Shown: positions 13,879 through 14,715 of the stretch, piece after piece
Numbering within the stretch: position 1 is the first letter of the stretch
Layout: each line of letters starts with the position of its first letter
NCBI GenBank assembly: GCA_036478295.1
Contig: JAZGDW010000204.1
Location: forward strand, 1-14,715
DNA from: Candidatus Krumholzibacteriia bacterium
Lineage (GTDB): Bacteria; Krumholzibacteriota; Krumholzibacteriia; WVZY01
Reading direction: 5' to 3'
DNA length: 14,715 bases
Program-made: the position numbers and the translations under genes
The notes under the pieces: generated by a model
Seen by the model: only the letters and a program-made list of their open reading frames with translations
Told to the model about the DNA's origin: nothing
The model's database searches: none

Positions 13879-14041
13879 GTTGATCCCGATTGTCAGTGGC
13901 GGCTTAGCGGCAACCCACTGCGAGGGGGTCGTACCCGACCGCCGTTTGCCACGCTGCCGCTTTGGCTGGCGCGGGGGTATGTGATTGACTCGCGCACCGA
14001 CTCCGCCGGGGAAATTACACGGTGCCGACGCTACTAACTCC

Positions 14042-14070
14042 TTTATAACAGAGGCATTCCGCAGTGTCAA
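14042..14070 (-). promoter_or_regulatory. Near-consensus sigma70 promoter of the cbs-cgl operon
   Basis: TTGACA (14070-14065), 17 bp ending in an extended -10 TGn, TATAAA (14047-14042). Confidence 0.8.
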
Positions 14071-14114
14071 CCGGGGCGCTTGCGCACCTCCCGACGGTAC
14101 CGAACCCGCCGGCG

Positions 14115-14715
14115 TCAGCGGGTGCTATCGAGTCGCAGAATCGTGCCTGCATCGTACCCGTAAGCAATGATCTCCGCCGTCGTCCTCGACGATTTACGCC
14201 CCGAAGCTGGAATACCCGTGATCCGCGGAACGGTGTCCGTTTCGCGTGAACGCTCTATGACGCATTTCGCCATGTGCAGCACCGGAATACTGCGGGAAAA
14301 CCACACCGCGTAATCGTCACGGGACTTCTTGATCAATTTGATGTTACCAGTCGGGATTTCATGTCTGCTCTCCAGAGTTCGCTGCTTCTTGACGCAGCGG
14401 AACTCGCCCGCGAGCGTGGCCACGGCCACCGTGTCGCTGGTCACCCACGAGGAATCCCCACCGGCGGAGTTCAAGGAAACTTCTTTCAGCCGCTTCGGAT
14501 TCTCCGCTTGCACCGGTCGGCTGCCACTCTTGACGTACAACTCCAGGACGTAGTCACCGAGAGAATCACCGCTCGCGAATCCAGTAATCGCTTCCAGAAC
14601 CAGCAGCTTCATGATTTCCCGGTCCTCGGCGCTCGCACCCCGCAGCGACGTTTCGATCTCCACCCAGTAGGCGCGCCCAGCCGGTGTCTCTTCCGAAGCG
14701 GGGACCCCGATGTAT
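14115..14715 (-). CDS. Hypothetical protein, 3' part only (continues beyond the right edge)
   Basis: The frame stays open to the window edge (YIGVPASEETPAGRAYWVEIE...). It is beta-rich, with VATLAGEF and VWFSRSIP segments loosely like DUF3108/TapB-type exported proteins. Confidence 0.65.
   Translation of the reverse strand, partial: YIGVPASEETPAGRAYWVEIETSLRGASAEDREIMKLLVLEAITGFASGDSLGDYVLELYVKSGSRPVQAENPKRLKEVSLNSAGGDSSWVTSDTVAVATLAGEFRCVKKQRTLESRHEIPTGNIKLIKKSRDDYAVWFSRSIPVLHMAKCVIERSRETDTVPRITGIPASGRKSSRTTAEIIAYGYDAGTILRLDSTR

Noticed and set aside
13894..13965. c-di-GMP-I riboswitch (GGCAAAC and GGGUUGCCG fragments)
   Set aside because: The GNRA-capped P2, the GACGCAAA junction and the P3 receptor helix are missing.
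13879..14070. 64-aa N-terminal extension of CBS given by the ORF track (TTG at 14070)
   Set aside because: That TTG is the TTGACA -35 box of the promoter. Homology begins after ATG 13878.

Overview
GC-rich bacterial chromosomal window, mostly on the minus strand. I found no mobile element, CRISPR array, tRNA or rRNA. From left to right: (1) the 5' end of a selenophosphate synthetase gene (selD), missed by the ORF track because of an in-frame UGA read as selenocysteine (motif CAG-U-ASK), followed by a SECIS-like hairpin; (2) upstream of it, a tightly packed run of two MdlA/MdlB-like ABC exporter halves, a nucleotidyltransferase-fold protein with degenerate catalytic motifs, and a TusA-family sulfur/selenium carrier, with a ~100-nt long hairpin in the leader; (3) a divergent HD-domain hydrolase; (4) a convergent pair of signalling genes (TPR-TM-DUF4388 protein and a REC-HisKA protein with a degenerate ATPase domain), each preceded by a sigma54-type motif; (5) an unannotated operon (small Cys-rich protein, Zn-ribbon + PcrA/UvrD-Tudor-like protein, putative beta-barrel) whose promoter carries two NrdR-box-like sites 31 bp apart; (6) cystathionine beta-synthase and cystathionine gamma-lyase behind a near-consensus sigma70 promoter and a structured ~155-nt leader; (7) a partial hypothetical gene at the right edge. 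The strongest leads are the Sec-containing SelD/TusA/pseudo-NTase/ABC cluster and the putatively NrdR-controlled Zn-finger/Tudor operon. All family assignments come from motif recognition by eye; no database searches were run.
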